Positions 17,049 through 33,372 of a stretch of DNA of 64,000 nucleotides are shown piece by piece. The position numbers and the translations under genes are program-made. The notes beneath the pieces were generated by a model, which was not told where the DNA came from, did not search any database, and worked only from the letters and a program-made list of their open reading frames with translations. The stretch is taken from NCBI GenBank assembly GCA_046563655.1, contig CM102285.1:9734001-9798000 (forward strand). Direction: 5' to 3'. The DNA comes from Yuukianura sp. NJ FZ-2021. Lineage: Eukaryota. The first letter of the stretch is position 1; every line of letters starts with the position of its first letter.

Positions 17049-17804
17049 AATTACTGCGTTCATAATCCATACATTAATTTTAATATTGTCTCTCAGGAGT
17101 GTTTGCATTGATCTTGGATAAAAGCAAATCAACTTTGAACAGAGTCCACCGATTTGTTTGCTTTCTTTTTTTTTACATACTGTTGCTGATGTATTCAGGA
17201 AGTTCACAGATTTCGTCGCTCCTGATTCAATTCAATTCAATTTAAAGTTAACTCAACTTCTAAATTAACTCTTGGAAATTAGAGTTAAGGCCGAATACCG
17301 CAGCGCTGGCTTCTAAAATTATGACATTCACATTTTATACCGGTTGTGGGTGTTGTTAGGAAGTCTTAGGTTTTGTCATTGTGAGTTTGAGCTGGGATTA
17401 TAAATTCAAAGAATCGAAGCGGGAAACACTTATTTAATTAATTTCTAAAACAAAACAAAAAATTCGACAATAAGACAAAGAACGAGAACCGCGAGCAAGA
17501 GGAAGCAATGAAGAAGAGGTTGTCACGATGAGATGAGTAAGTGGTAACTCAAGTCACTGACCACAACAGAAGTAAGAGGTAAGAATCAAATCAACAATCT
17601 ATTTCAATTGTTCCGTTAATCATGTGCAAGTACAGACAACAACTTCGTTTTCAAATTTGCCTAGGTCAAATTACTTCAGATTCAGATCCACGGATCCACC
17701 ATCGGCAATTGAGATTGAGACTGTTTTTTGACAGGCAACAACGTCAACCATTGCGCTGGACTTGGATTAACCTTTTCGTAGCTATCTAGGATAGCACCTC
17801 CGCT

Positions 17805-19245
17805 ATGATGAATAATCGTGATTGTAAAGACGATCCTCTTAATATTGGGGAGTTGGACTTGGACGTGTCCGGGTCTCGAATTTTTGTATCCCATTACCCA
17901 ACATTTGTACAACAAGATCAGAACAGGGACGAAGATGAAGTTGAACAATTGAAGAACCGCATTAGCGAATTAGAACATCTTGTCGTAACATCAACACTTA
18001 ACACATCTCCATTTCTAGACCCGAGTTCCACTAGCCTTCCACCACACGAACTTATGCAAAGAGTCAGCCAATTAGAAAGTCTTCTTGCAGCGTCGGAATT
18101 TGATAACCAGCGACTAGAACGTGAAGTGGAACTGCTCAAGGTTGCAAGACAACAGTTAGAAGTGGACCTTTATCGAAATATTAAAGACAGAGACATTTCT
18201 ATCAAGAATCTGAAACAAGACATTGAACTACTCACTGTCCGATTATCCAAATGTACCACAACAATTAGTTCCATGGAAGAATATATTCACACACTTCCTT
18301 CAGAACAAGAACTTGATGATGCCAAACAAGCTTTGTCTAAATCCTACTTAGAAATTGATCTACTACAAAATAAGGTAGACCGATTAGAGGCGTTACTGAA
18401 GGAAACGCAGGCAGATCTCTTACAAAAAGAAAAACTTCACTCTAAAGCGCTTGAAAGGTAAAAAAAAATGATCAAGAAAATTATTGTGAAAAATCGAAAT
18501 TACTTTCGACTTGTTTTCAACTTACAGACTAGAAGAACTGAAACCAATTGAAGAAGCTCAAAATTCAGTTCTGGAGGGTGTACAAACAGAGACAGACTTA
18601 ATGGAACTAGCTACTATTCAAAAAACACAACTACTGAAAGCCACAAAGATAGTCAAAGTTCAGCGTCGTTCAATTTGCGACTTGGAAACAGAAAAGTCCG
18701 AACTACTGCTCCAATTGAGCGAAAATGTTAATAAGATTGCCTCATTAGAATCTATTATCACCACAAACAAGTATGAAATAGACGAAATGATCAGTCGCCA
18801 AAAATCTTCAGAAATTGGCAAGCAACAGTTGGAGATGCAAGTTCAAGAACTAAACAACCGACTCAGCGACAACGAAAGTTGGATAAGTGTAAGAAAGAAC
18901 GAGATGAGTAATTTAGTGCGACTGGTTACCGAAGTGGACTTTACAATTACGGACCTCAAGAAATTGATTTCCTTTTGTCAAAATTTGAGTTCGGGAGATG
19001 AACCTTTACTGGAAGATGTTCTTTTTCTGGAAACAGAAGATGATCCAGAAAATGATGCAGCACTTGGCACCGTGAGCTCTGGTGACAAAGTTTCACGTGA
19101 CATAGACGATGAATGGATTTTACACAAGCTTAAGTCGGTTAGGGAAGCTCGACATCGGATCAAGAGTTTACGAACTCAAGTTAACGAAATTTACACAGAC
19201 ATTCTTGGGATGGGTGTGCAAGAACGAGGGTGTAACATTACGTAA
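17805..19245 (+). CDS. Coiled-coil protein, CEP85/CEP85L-like
   Basis: Two coding exons with long heptad repeats. MEEYIHTLPS, GDEPLLEDVL and LRTQVNEIYTD...GCNIT resemble recalled CEP85 motifs (LERYLADLP, G.DPNLS.LL, LR...SDRYAQDMGENC..Q). The start codon is uncertain. Confidence 0.65.
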
Positions 19246-19457
19246 AGTGCCTTTTTAAAAACTATTTTGCTACAATTTTTGTAACCTTGCCCTTTGAAAA
19301 TGGGAATTTATTAAATTAAAGCTTATAAACTGATTTTTTAAAAGTAATTATTGACTTTGGTGGGTTTTAAAACTTAGTCGAAAACTGATAGTTGAACGTT
19401 TGATTTCAAAAGCGATAAAGAGACTCGTGCAAACGAACAAGACAAAAATAATCGTCT

Positions 19458-20244
<787 letters not shown>

Positions 20245-20826
20245 GATGGATAAATTAGGAGAGTTTTAACAAATCCTGCAAAGAAAGAAAAATAATTAGA
20301 ATACGTGAATCGATGAATAGAACACATTCGCATTTGCTCATGTCCATCGTCCAAGAAATTGTAAAAGCTTTAAGATGATCTTGAATCGTGAATCAACTTA
20401 TGTACCACAAAATTTAGTTGCAAAATCTAGGATGACACGTTTCAATCTTCGTAAACCTGAGATATTTGACAATTGAATGCCAAGCTGTATTGGCAGTTGA
20501 GATTGGTAGTTCGTTCGTATGTTTAAGACGGTAAACGTTTTGGTACTAATTCGATGTAAAGTAAGGATTGATTCACGAAGAAAGATTGGCTGAAAACAAC
20601 GAATTGACGGGTACAATATGGAACAGCTGAGGCTTAATTGTTTTATCAGTCAAGAGAATCGGCAACTGAATTTATAACTAAAATTTATTCATTCAGTAAG
20701 GGCGCCCAAAACATTTTAAAAAATAAGAGTTTTACACAACTATGCGCCAAGCCGCACCCAAGGTTGTCACACTAATCCTCTGACACGCCTTGGAAGTTGT
20801 AATGTCAAATCTTGGAGGCCCAGTCC

Positions 20827-21037
20827 CCCGAGGTCATACGGGAAGGTCAGAAGAATGTTAGGTTGCGTTACTGTATATGTGATTATCATCCTAACCTTGA
20901 CTAAACCGGTGTGACCTTGGGAAAGTCAGGTAAAGCTTCCCAGAGCAGTAGTGGCAGGGGTTTCTTTCGGCCTCCAGCCGTTAAAGCCAAGCTGTAGGCC
21001 GACGGAAACTACGTGCCACAACTTTGTTCCTCCGGAA
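20827..21037 (+). ncRNA. Candidate structured RNA: two adjacent long imperfect hairpins (family not recognised)
   Basis: Nested complementarity with G-U pairs on the + strand, in a relatively GC-rich intergenic patch followed by TTATTTTT. Confidence 0.35.
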
Positions 21038-22094
21038 TGTTATTTTTAGTCATCCACGGCAATCGCAGTCGAGATTCCGATTAATCCAGATTTTTGTCGT
21101 AGACGTTAGCCTTAATTGTTGAAAAATTGAAATGCTGGATCGTGTGAGGTCATAATTTTCTCTTCTTCCCATGCCATCTGTGTTTAGCCATTTCTGATTA
21201 TTCGTTGCCAGTGCAAGCAGGAGAAAGTTTCAATCAATCTTGCTTAAATAAATGGACTCGTAGTTCGTTAAGTCCCATGTTTCCGAGGAATAGTCCGCCG
21301 TGGCATCGCGCGGTTTTAGAAGCCGCGGATAGCAACTCACCGTTATGTAACTTACAGCATTCATTCGCTGCACTTGTTCCCGCTTTTGATTGAATGTTGG
21401 GCGCATCATTTTCTCACAACTATGTGCTCAGTAAACATACAGAGATCTTTAATTTCCAGCTCAGCAGGAAGTTTGGAATTGGATTGGAATGAATGAACGA
21501 CACTACACTACTACAACAGACAACTGTAGTGGAGTTCATATTCCAGAACAGGAACAGGGGACGAGGAGAGAGAGATATAGGTGAAGTGTGTTTGTTTTTT
21601 TGCATTCATAATTAACGGGATAACAGGAACATTAACTTCCAACTTCAATTTGTTTGTACTAGTAAGGTTAGCGTCTTCTTGGAAATAACTTCATTGTTTA
21701 AGTTAGGGCCTCGCCGTGTTTCGGTGACCGTTCCACGTAGCTTAGTGAACCCGGTGTACGTAACTTGACGATTTCCTTTCTTTGTTTTAGGGCACCACTG
21801 AATTTGTCGGGATTTCAACGAAATTTTGTTTATTGTATCGTTGACCTGCCAGTGCTGTACTAATAATACCTGCGGCCAGGGTCCAGGGCAAGGCTGACTT
21901 GGATTCGCGAGTCGCGACTGTCGTACTCGTAAGCCGACAGCATCATTCATAACTATGTGCAGTAACCGACTCTGTTTACGTCAAAACGAAATTCGTTCCG
22001 TTTATTGTTTACAGAGTCTGGCAAAGATCATCAACATCAATTATTCGATAAATTACAAAGTGTCTTGAACTGAACTGCTTACGGGGCGGAGAGA

Positions 22095-25000
22095 ATGGCT
22101 GAAGCTCGCGCCGCTGTCGCTGAACTTCACGTACCTGCTAATTTAGATGAAGGAAAGCAAACTTGGAAAGAAGTCTACACAGCCATTCGAAAGTCTTCGA
22201 AGCGGAACTACTACAGAACAAGGTTAGATTCGATGTGATTATGGAATTATGCAGATTTTTTCTTTTGTTTCAGAGAAAGATTGAGCAACCAGTTTCTTTT
22301 AAATTATTTTAGAAACTCAATTAGAAATGGAACATGGCCGACTTCAGTAAGCAATTTGGTTGCAGTGTTTGCAATTACATTTGCTCTGATGTACTATGAA
22401 CCAAACGCTACTGCAGGACTTAATCAAAGACTTCGTTCAATCGCAAATAATCTTCCGCTACCTGACGGTTAGTCTACCAAATTCTCTTGTGGAGTCAAGT
22501 GGAGCTCACAGCAGGGCATTTGGTATCAATCCATCTTTCTCTTTTATTTCAGGAACACCGCAATGGTGTGGTTTCGTCTTGATGTCTGGATGCGTGGGAA
22601 TCGCATTTTTTCTGGTTCTTACCAAAGTTCGGCAGTATATCTTGAGAATGCTGTTGGCGTATCGCGGGTGGCTATGTAAGAACTACACATAATAGCTACT
22701 AATTTAACTTAATTATCAGTTTAGATTTGTAATTCCCATTTGTCTAACGACCAACGTCATTTGTAAAACTCCGTCTGACTCTTACTCGGAGGTTATTCAC
22801 GAATGAGAGAACATGTAAACTGCAACAAGAAGTTTACAAAGCGATTCTTTTTTATGAGTAATTTGGTTCTCTTCCGAGTAAGATTATGTTCTCTAGCTTC
22901 ACCAACAGTAATATTTGGTATCGCTTTTAGATACCAGAATTTGGAGTTTGGACTTAGTCCATGAATCAAATATTAACTTTAAACTTCATATTAAATTGGA
23001 ATTGCTTTGGAATTGAACACCAAGCTGACCTATCAACTTTTCTTAGCGTCTTAAGGCTAATGCACTTTGAAAATTTAAACGACGCAGCGATACATGAAAA
23101 CTTGTCGCGCAAAATATTTCTTTTCATTAAAAATACTTCTATCGAGCCGTCATTCAGCGTCAGCCCAGCCCGCTTTCTAATCTATCTTGTTTTACTATCA
23201 GTAATGCGTCCAGTCATGACAGTTAAATGTTACTAACTTTTTTTTCTCTACAGATGAAAACTTGAAGACGCAATCAGCGAGGACATCTTTATGGGGTATT
23301 TGTGTGCGTATGGTCTCGGGTTATCAACCTGCACTGTATAGCTGTCAAAGATCGCTTCCTCGCCTTCCTGTTCCGAATCTCCATTCAACTTTGGAAAAAC
23401 TGCTAGAAAGCCTCAAACCGCTTACAACTCCGGAAGAATTGGAAAGTCTTCGGAAGGATGCACTGGCTTTTGAGAAAGGGACGGGCTACAAGCTACAAAG
23501 TATTCTTCAGTTGAAGAGTTGGTGGGTTCCGAATTATGTTTCGGACTGGTGGTAAGACAAAAGAGAAATTTATTATAAAGCGTTCCTTTTGTTTGTTTTT
23601 TAATCATTGTTTCCATTTTCATTTCAGGGAGAAATATGTGTATTTGATGGCCAGAAGTCCGTTACCCATCAACTCAAATTACTATGGAATGGATCAAAGC
23701 TATTGGTCTCCAACGAAAGATCAAAAAGTACGAGCGGCTACGACAATTTATCATTTGCTGCAATTCAAGCGGCTCATTGATCGCGAAGAATTACAACCTA
23801 TGGTTCTGCGAAACACAATTCCAATTTGCATGGCACAATACGACCGTATTTTCTCTACCGTCAGGTAAAAAGACAGCCAAGCAGCGCTGCTGAATTCTAA
23901 AATTATGGCAATAGATTCCAGAATTGGTGTTTTCTATTTATAGAATCCCGCGCAAAGAGCTGGACAAGTTGCGACATTTTGATTCGTCCGTCTCTCGTCA
24001 TATCATTATTCAATACAAGGGAATTTTCTATAGCGTTGTTGCCTATGACTCTAGAAGTCAGATCATCTGTCCCGAAGTTTTCCATTCGCAGATTGAGTGG
24101 ATCATAAAGGATGCAGAGGCAGCCATCAATAGCGGTAACTTAAAACTTCGATAAGTATCAAACATGGAATCGTATTCCCATTGCAATTGAATCTTATTTT
24201 GATTTTTAGGAAAAGTTTCTGAATCGGAAAGACAGTTGCCAGCTTTGACGGGTTTACCACGTGACGAGTGGGCTGCTATTCGCCAGGAACACCTCGCAGT
24301 TGGAAAAAACAAACAATCGTTGCGAATTCTGGAATCAGGGATTTTTATTGTCATCTTAAGCGACGAAAGTCCACAAACACTTTCAGAAAAAGGCAAGGCA
24401 CTTCTTCATGGAGATGGAAAATCGACGTGGTTTGACAAGAGCATGAATGTAACCTTTTTCAAGAATGGTGGATGTGGCCTAAACGCTGAACATTCAATGG
24501 CTGACGGTAAAATATTCTCATTCTTTCGTTTGCGAGAAAAATATATTTTTTCAAGACATCAACATCAAAACATCCATTTTTATTTTCTTTCCAGCCCCTG
24601 CTGTTGCTCATGCTTGGGAATATTCAATGACAAAAGAGTAAGTTAGCATCGATTCAGTGCTCAGTTTCCCACACCCTACATTAAATTAAAGTGAATATAA
24701 ATATAATACAAGTCAATGAACTTGATTCACTTGTGCGTTTCAGAATCATCGAGAAGTGGTACACGGAGGACGGGAAGTGCATGCCATTGGCTAAGAATTT
24801 CAGGCAAGGGAAATACAAGTTGCCAGTTAGATTGTCATGGGAAATGACCCCGGAACTTGATGGACATGTTCTCAAGGCTAAAGATTTTTTGGAAAAGGTT
24901 TGTTCAATAAATACTCGTAGGTTAATGAAGAAATGTGTTGAAGTTTGTGTTTCAATTTCTCAGAATGCTAATGACTTGGATTTGGTGATTGTCGATCATG

Positions 25001-25857
25001 CAAAATGGGGAAAAGGTGTGATAAAGAAGTTCAAAGTAAGTCCGGATGCTTTCGTTCAAATTGCTATTCAGTTGGCATATTATCGTGAAACGGGACGCTT
25101 TGCTCAAACTTATGAAGCAAGCATGACGCGGTTGTATCTTTGCGGCAGAACCGAAACTGTACGATCTTGTACCCAGGAGAGCTCTGAATTTGTTCGGTAA
25201 GTCTCATCTTAAGTTAAAAGTTCATTTTTTTTTAATTCTACTAACTTTTTCAAACAAAATTTAAAACGCAGGGCGATGGAAGAAAACATTGCTAGCCCCG
25301 AAGAAAAAATTCGTCTGTTTCGTAAAGCGGCAGAGAAACATCAGCAGTTGTACCGTGATTCTATGAATGGAATGGGGATTGACCGTCATCTTTTCGCATT
25401 GTACATTACTTGCAAGGGCTTTGGATATGTAAGTATCTTTTTTAATTACTTTTGCAAATCATTTGCAAACTACAGTACCCGTTGTTGTTATTTTCATTAG
25501 ACAAGCGAATTTTTGGAGAAAATTGTGATGAGACCATGGACACTCTCGACGAGTCAGCAACCGCAGCAGCAACTCCAGAATGTGCCTGACTCGAATCTGC
25601 CTTTATTTCAAGACAAAGTTTCGCCTGGTGGAGGCTTTGGCCCAGTCTCTGACACTGGATACGGCGTTTCCTACATGCTACCTTCTGATCATAAATTCTT
25701 CTTTCACGTTGCTTCTAAACACTCTTGCCCTGAAACCTCATCGGAACGGTTTGCAGGACGAATTTTCGAAAGCTTAGAAGATTTGAAGGACCTATTCGAA
25801 TCTACAAACACTCCTATTCAAAATGGGCATTCTACGGACAGCGCTAAGAGCAAGTGA
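22095..25857 (+). CDS. CPT1: Carnitine O-palmitoyltransferase 1
   Basis: [10 protein letters not shown]-terminus, two TM segments, [32 protein letters not shown], catalytic [52 protein letters not shown]. Confidence 0.95.
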
Positions 25858-26673
25858 ACTCCTGATGTCCTTCGTATTCCACAGAATCGTCTATGTTCCA
25901 GAAATGGCGGCGTCCTATTTTAGTTTTAGTTGAATCCTATGTTAGTTATAGTAATCAACACCTTACGTTACAGTAACTCTTCTAAATTATGAAGTCCCTA
26001 TTCGTACTTTTTTCATTTATACTTTTCTTGTCAGGATTTCTATTCTTTGTATAAAGTAGTTTTCAAAATTTCGTACACTTATCCTTGTACAAAACCGAAG
26101 AGTACCATTTTCAGTCATTATTTAACATCTTCTGTAAACGTTGTCACTTCCTACTTTATTTGCCAGGTCACTGTGTAAACTTGGGTAATCAATATTCTCT
26201 AAATCCAATGTTAGCTTACTACAATTACGGAAAATATTCTGGAAATAGAATTTAGAACATACAATTAGATATTTTAGGATCGACCTTCGTGTGCCTATTA
26301 GGTTAATTGCACTGCTCTTCCTTCATCAATCATTTTACTTTAATTAGAACTTTATTATTTAATTATAACTTTAATTACAATTTACTCTACTTATTTACTC
26401 ATCAATGTTAAAACCTGAGCTAAAACGTTGAATGAACTTGTTATCAAATCACTTAAAATTCACCTGTGTATTTTTTTCGAATTAGCAAATGTATTTATTT
26501 TACTAGGAACTAATAGCTAGTATTTAAAACGTAAATTGCAGAATACATAGTGAATTACGTGCAATATGTATTTTTTTTCTGGGCAAGTACTCATTTGAGG
26601 AATGTTGCATACGATTTTCGAAAGGTTTACTTTATGGCCCTTTTGAGTGAATATAATCACTTATTTTTTAGGA

Positions 26674-27741
26674 TTAAACCCCTAGGGGTTTTACAATTGG
26701 CTCAGACGGAGCGTCGTTCAATTCTAGTGTAGGCGTGGAATCATTTTCTTCCGACATCTCAGATGCCTCGTCAGGTTCCGGGCTTGAGTTGGTGTTTTCG
26801 TTGAATAAATCCTTGAAATCGGTGGTTTCACCTTGACCCTGGTTGTCCTGCATGTCATTTCCGAAATCCTGGGGAATCGTAATACTATCTGGAATTGGTG
26901 TGTTCTTAACCAGGGTTTCCATTCCCTGATGAATTGATACAATTGTTGCTCGAATGTCGTTAAGAGGATCGATGGAGACCAAGGTCACGCGAAGTAAAGC
27001 TTTCTTGTAACCCAATAGCTTAGAACTGCTGAAGTGAACTGCAATTTGATTCCGGTCCAATGAAGTTGGTTCGGTAAAGCTGACATCTTTCAAGTCCGAA
27101 CTGAACGTACATTTCGTCCTGGATAACTCAATTGTTTCTTGCTGAGCTACTTGACCTGGGGTCATGCTCGCAGCAGTTAAGATTCCATGAACAAACGTCG
27201 GCGTGGAATTTGATTCTTGCCACATCGAAATGATCCCGTTCAGTCCATTTTGATTTACGTCACACTTGAGAAGAATTGGCAGCACAGCCTAGAATTTTTC
27301 AAACAGAAAAGCTCTGAAACTTCTATACAAAAAGTTGACCCAGAGGTCAAATGCTGGATTTACGCAGGCTGGTGGTGGTGGAACCCAAGTATTGTCGATA
27401 CATTGCGACAAAATTACTTCTTCGTGGCCTTCAATCTGGTGACCCGGAAAGCATCCAAAGGCCACCGTCTGACCTCCACGAGTCCAATTGCTCAGTCCAT
27501 ATGGATCTAGTTCCGGTTGCTTGTTGCATCCTTGGGAAAGTATACTTTTAGCAGCCATGAGTGAATTAATTAACTTAGGAATTAGAAACTGACCTTCCTT
27601 TGAATCGGAATTGAAAGCGTAGCATCCAACTAGGACAGCTACAACAGTGACGCCTAACAGAATCAGCACAAGCAGAAACCGCACGCATGCGTCCTTCCGC
27701 GGATTTTCTACTCCACGCAGTTTAAATTTTCCGGAAGTCAT
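26674..27741 (-). CDS. Uncharacterised membrane-anchored protein with one sushi/CCP domain
   Basis: Basic N-terminus, then a hydrophobic segment (FLLVLILLGVTVVAVLVGC) and the CCP pattern C..P...G...V.FGC.PGH.I.G.....C....W.PPPPAC. The two ORFs are joined in phase 0 by a 52-nt GT-AG intron (27289-27340). Confidence 0.7.
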
Positions 27742-28435
27742 TTTCTAAAATTTAAACAAAAAGAAATACTGAATTACGGCTTTTCTTAGAAATTATTCCA
27801 AGTAATACATTGTAGACAAGAAAAAAACTTGTAGACAATTGTAATTGGAAATATTTACGCTGTAGACTGCGTGTCGTCGACGATTCCTTTTTACTACTCG
27901 TATTAAAACAATGTTAATTGTTGCACTTGCAGTTACTAATTGTTAGAAGAGGCAGTTAAAAAGATATAAAGTGCATTTACAATTGCCAGGCGTACTTTCT
28001 ATTACTGATTAGTCACTCTTTTCTACGATACTTCTGAAGTCACTGCCCTCCTGCCAAGAACCAATTTTGCACAATGAAATCTTGAACAAACTTTATAACA
28101 AAAGTACCGAGAAATTCCATAAACATAGATAAAAAGACGGTAATCGTTTGCTCACAAGACAATAGGGGGTCATACCTAAAGGATTCTGCAGTCTACTTAG
28201 AATGCCAAATTTTATTTAACATATTCAGTAGCACGGAGAGGTTAGGTTAAGCCCTTCCTGGAAAGCTCGACTTTTGATTGTATTTGACAGTAATTGATTG
28301 ACTGAACTCAATCGCGGGGAGCTTTGACCTTAACCAGAAGTTAAAATTTCAAAAATGAAAGATTCTTCAAAAAAAATATTGGTAAACTTCCTGGAACTGG
28401 ATACATGTTAAGTGAGTACAATCGTCACGCCATAA

Positions 28436-29648
28436 CTACGGATCGGTGGATAAAGCAGAAGCTGTGATGATTTGATGAGGATAGCTTGTTTGTGTTCCCT
28501 TGTTAAGAACGCTCCATGATGCATTGAGGACAGCTTGCCAAGTTGCGCTTGGCAGCGATGCCCCATTTGCGAGGCAATGAGCAAGCGTCCCTAGGAAACA
28601 GTCTCCAGCCCCAGTAGTGTCAACAACTGGACCCTTGCAGGACGGGGGTTTGAAACTGTGGTAACTCTGGTCGCTGGAATCCCAAAGCAGCGCTCCTTCA
28701 CCTCCCAAGGTTACAATGACATGCTTGGATCCAAAGTCAGCTACGAGCTTAGCAATAGCCAGTTTGGCTTCTTCGTGAGACCGGACATTGGTCAGTCCGG
28801 TTATAATTTCAGCTTCGTTTTCATTAACACACAGAATGTCGGCCAAGGTGAACATTTCAGCCGGAAGAGCTCGTTGGGCTGGAGCTGCATTCCAGATTGT
28901 AATGACGCCATTTGCTTTGCCCTGCCTCAAAGCTTCATGACAACCACCGACAGGAATTTCTAGCTGACAGAGGAGAACTTTTGAGTTTTTGATGAGCTCA
29001 GCACAAGTTGGTTGCTGGAGATACTCAGCAGTGACTTGTCCAGTGGCTCCAGGAACAGCTACGATCATGTTCTCTCCTAAAAAACAAAAATGAAATGTAT
29101 TGTGTCTTCAAGCAACAGTATTGTATAAGGAGCGTTTTACACAATAACGCGTGTTTGACTCTAACCAGTATCAGATGCAACAATAATGGACGTGGCTCCT
29201 GTGGAACACTTCTCATCAATTCCAATTCCATCGACATTAATGCCCTCAGCCTTCAAATGTTCGTAGTACTTTTCTCCATGACTATCCCTTCCGATCTGAA
29301 ATTCAAGAGTTTCAATTGGTCAATTTTTAAAATGTTGAATACTTTTGACATTACTTTGCCTATAAGTGCCGTCCTAGATCCCAGCCGTCGCGATGCGACT
29401 GCCGGGTTGGCACCTTTTCCACCAAATCCTGTTTGAAAATCAGTTCCGATCAGCGTTTCCCCTGGTTTAGGTAGATGACTTGCATAACTACATTACATAG
29501 AAAAAAAATCAATTTTTGAATTAATATATCAATTTCGAAGAAATCCACAAATGCAAAGAAATCATCAATATTATTTTAATGCTTCTTACCAAAAGAAATC
29601 CACGAAAATACTTCCGACGACAACAACATCGATGCTTTTCTCTTCCAT
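28436..29648 (-). CDS. RBKS: Ribokinase (PfkB family)
   Basis: DVVVVGS, P.PGETL, GFGGKGANPAVA, LLCQLEI, WNAAPA, VNENEA, VTLGGEGA, VDTTGAGDCF. Confidence 0.95.
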
Positions 29649-29934
29649 TTTGTACTTGCTGTGTTAAAATTTGTTTTTTCCCTATTTCAAAACTAAAAAA
29701 TAGTTTTGTTGCAGATTTCAGTGTAAAAAATTGTAAAGTGTTAAAAGCAGCAAGGATTTATGTTTGTGCCAATTTTCTTTCCCACTTCTAATATTTTTGT
29801 GACACGCCTGGATCTTAATTCATGAGATATTTCATGGTGCAATTTTAGTCGTACTACTTAGTAGAAAGTGACGCAATTTTCTTGTACTTGCAGCAAAAAC
29901 TATCAATACGATGGATAGACATCATGACAATTTC

Positions 29935-30900
29935 TTAGTTTCCGGTTAAAATTCGTCGTGGACGATCTCCATAGTAGAATATTTGAACAAGAATCCCAGT
30001 GTCCACCAAAAGCTGAACGATGCTGTTGAGTTTGAAGGGCCATGGAGAAGACGAGCAGAACATGTACAGGAGCTTGTAAATGTCAAAAAGATTCCACATT
30101 GACACCATCGATTTGCTGCAACATGAAAAAATCAAAATGTAAAAAACGTTTGTTACGTTTAACATCTTTACTAATGTAGAAAACTTACTTTAATCCCTGA
30201 GTAGTTTGTCTTGAAAAGTTGTGCCACAATTGCGGCATGGTGACGCTGGAATCCAGAATAATGACAGCGAGTGCTAGAAAGTCAAAATAGTGCGGCATCC
30301 AGGACAGGAACACCGTGAATCCAACAAGTACTGTCAGAAAGTACCCAGTAGCTTGAACGTACGAAATGGTATTGGTCCACTTCCAGAACCATGTAATTTC
30401 AAAATCTAAAACAAAACACACACAAAAAGACACAATGAATCCACAAATTCTCATCGTCAGAACAAAAAAAAAACGGAATAGTAGTTTATCAACTTACCTG
30501 CGAAGTTTCTTTCATTCGGATCCCTGTTCAAACGTCGGTTTTCGATGTTAATTGCTTGATCAATCATCATCAGCACGGAGAAAATTGTCACAAAATTCTG
30601 TATGAACATGGATAGGTCATATTCTCTTCCAAGCCTGCAAAATAAACCAATTCTAATTAATTAACTTAAATCTTAAAACATGAAATTGAAGCATCAGAAT
30701 AGAAAAACTCACCAAAATGCAATTTTGATACAAGCGGACAAGACGGAAATGAGTGACACGTAAATAGAACAGCCATCAGCATTCTTAGTTTGTGAATTCT
30801 CAATGTGCTGCGGAATATACGGTATTGCTGGACCGAAAATAATCAGAACTTTGCTAAGAACCAGCGAAACGATCTGGATCCAATCCTGTGGGGCGCCCAT
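29935..30900 (-). CDS. PQ-loop membrane protein, divergent tandem paralog of PQLC1/SLC66A2
   Basis: Two PQ motifs (PYIPQH, VTMPQL), FWKW, and intron positions shared with the neighbouring gene. Confidence 0.85.
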
Positions 30901-31713
30901 TTTTATGATACGTAAAATTTTGCATCAAGTCCTATAAAGAATCTACGAATCTCTTATTACGAACTGAAATCATCGCATCGCGTGCGTGGATAGTAACTTT
31001 TTGCACAAAATTTTGAAATTCAAAATTGTTTGCTCTACAAACAACTACTAAACGAATGTATTGGCGAGTTGGTAACAAGTTCTAGACGAATTTTAATACT
31101 TTAGAGCAAGAGAGTCTGAGCATTGATGATATTTTTGCATTTCGAAGTGAATAAATTTTTGACAATTATGTTGTAACTTAGTATCACAGGAAATGAAAAC
31201 TGTTTTCCGCACAAAAAGTAATAAGAAAACTAACGATTTAGCACTATTCCCACTACTAACTATTTATAACCTTAATTTCAACTTAAAGGCAAAACGTCCC
31301 GCAACGTTACAGTTAAATACATCAACTAATAAGTTCAAAATACTTGCAAGGAGGTGGAGGCGTTTGACTTGATTTTGCAATCCTTGCGACTTGTACGAAA
31401 ACAGTGTCACAAAATTAATGGGGTCGGTTTAACGTTTTAGTAAACTTTGAACATGCTTAACTGAATGTGAAAAAATTTTCAACGTCAACAATTGAAAAGA
31501 GTGAGCAGTGTGATTAAAAATTCTTGCTATTCAATTGAGTGGGAGAGATAACGTTATTAGCTTGAAAGTATCAATTTGACTTTTGTGTTGATATAGTTTT
31601 AAGATTAATTTGCAAATTTTGAAGAGATCAAAGAATGAACAAAGTGAATTTGACAAGGTCAATTTGGAGTTGAAATGACCGGAGTAGACGACTAATAAAG
31701 GGTCTAAACATTC

Positions 31714-33372
<1,659 letters not shown>

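Noticed and set aside
20857..20897. Telomerase RNA template (CCTAACCT on +, AACCTAAC on -)
   Set aside because: The two segments pair with each other in a stem, and I could not identify a pseudoknot, CR4/5 or H/ACA domain.
20840..21250. RNase P/MRP RNA suggested by GGGAAGGTCAG and CCTTGGGAAAGTCAGG
   Set aside because: The P4 strand reads GTCAG rather than GTCYG, and no canonical CR-V partner (TCAGACTA or CGGGGCT) lies downstream. Kept only as an unclassified structured element.
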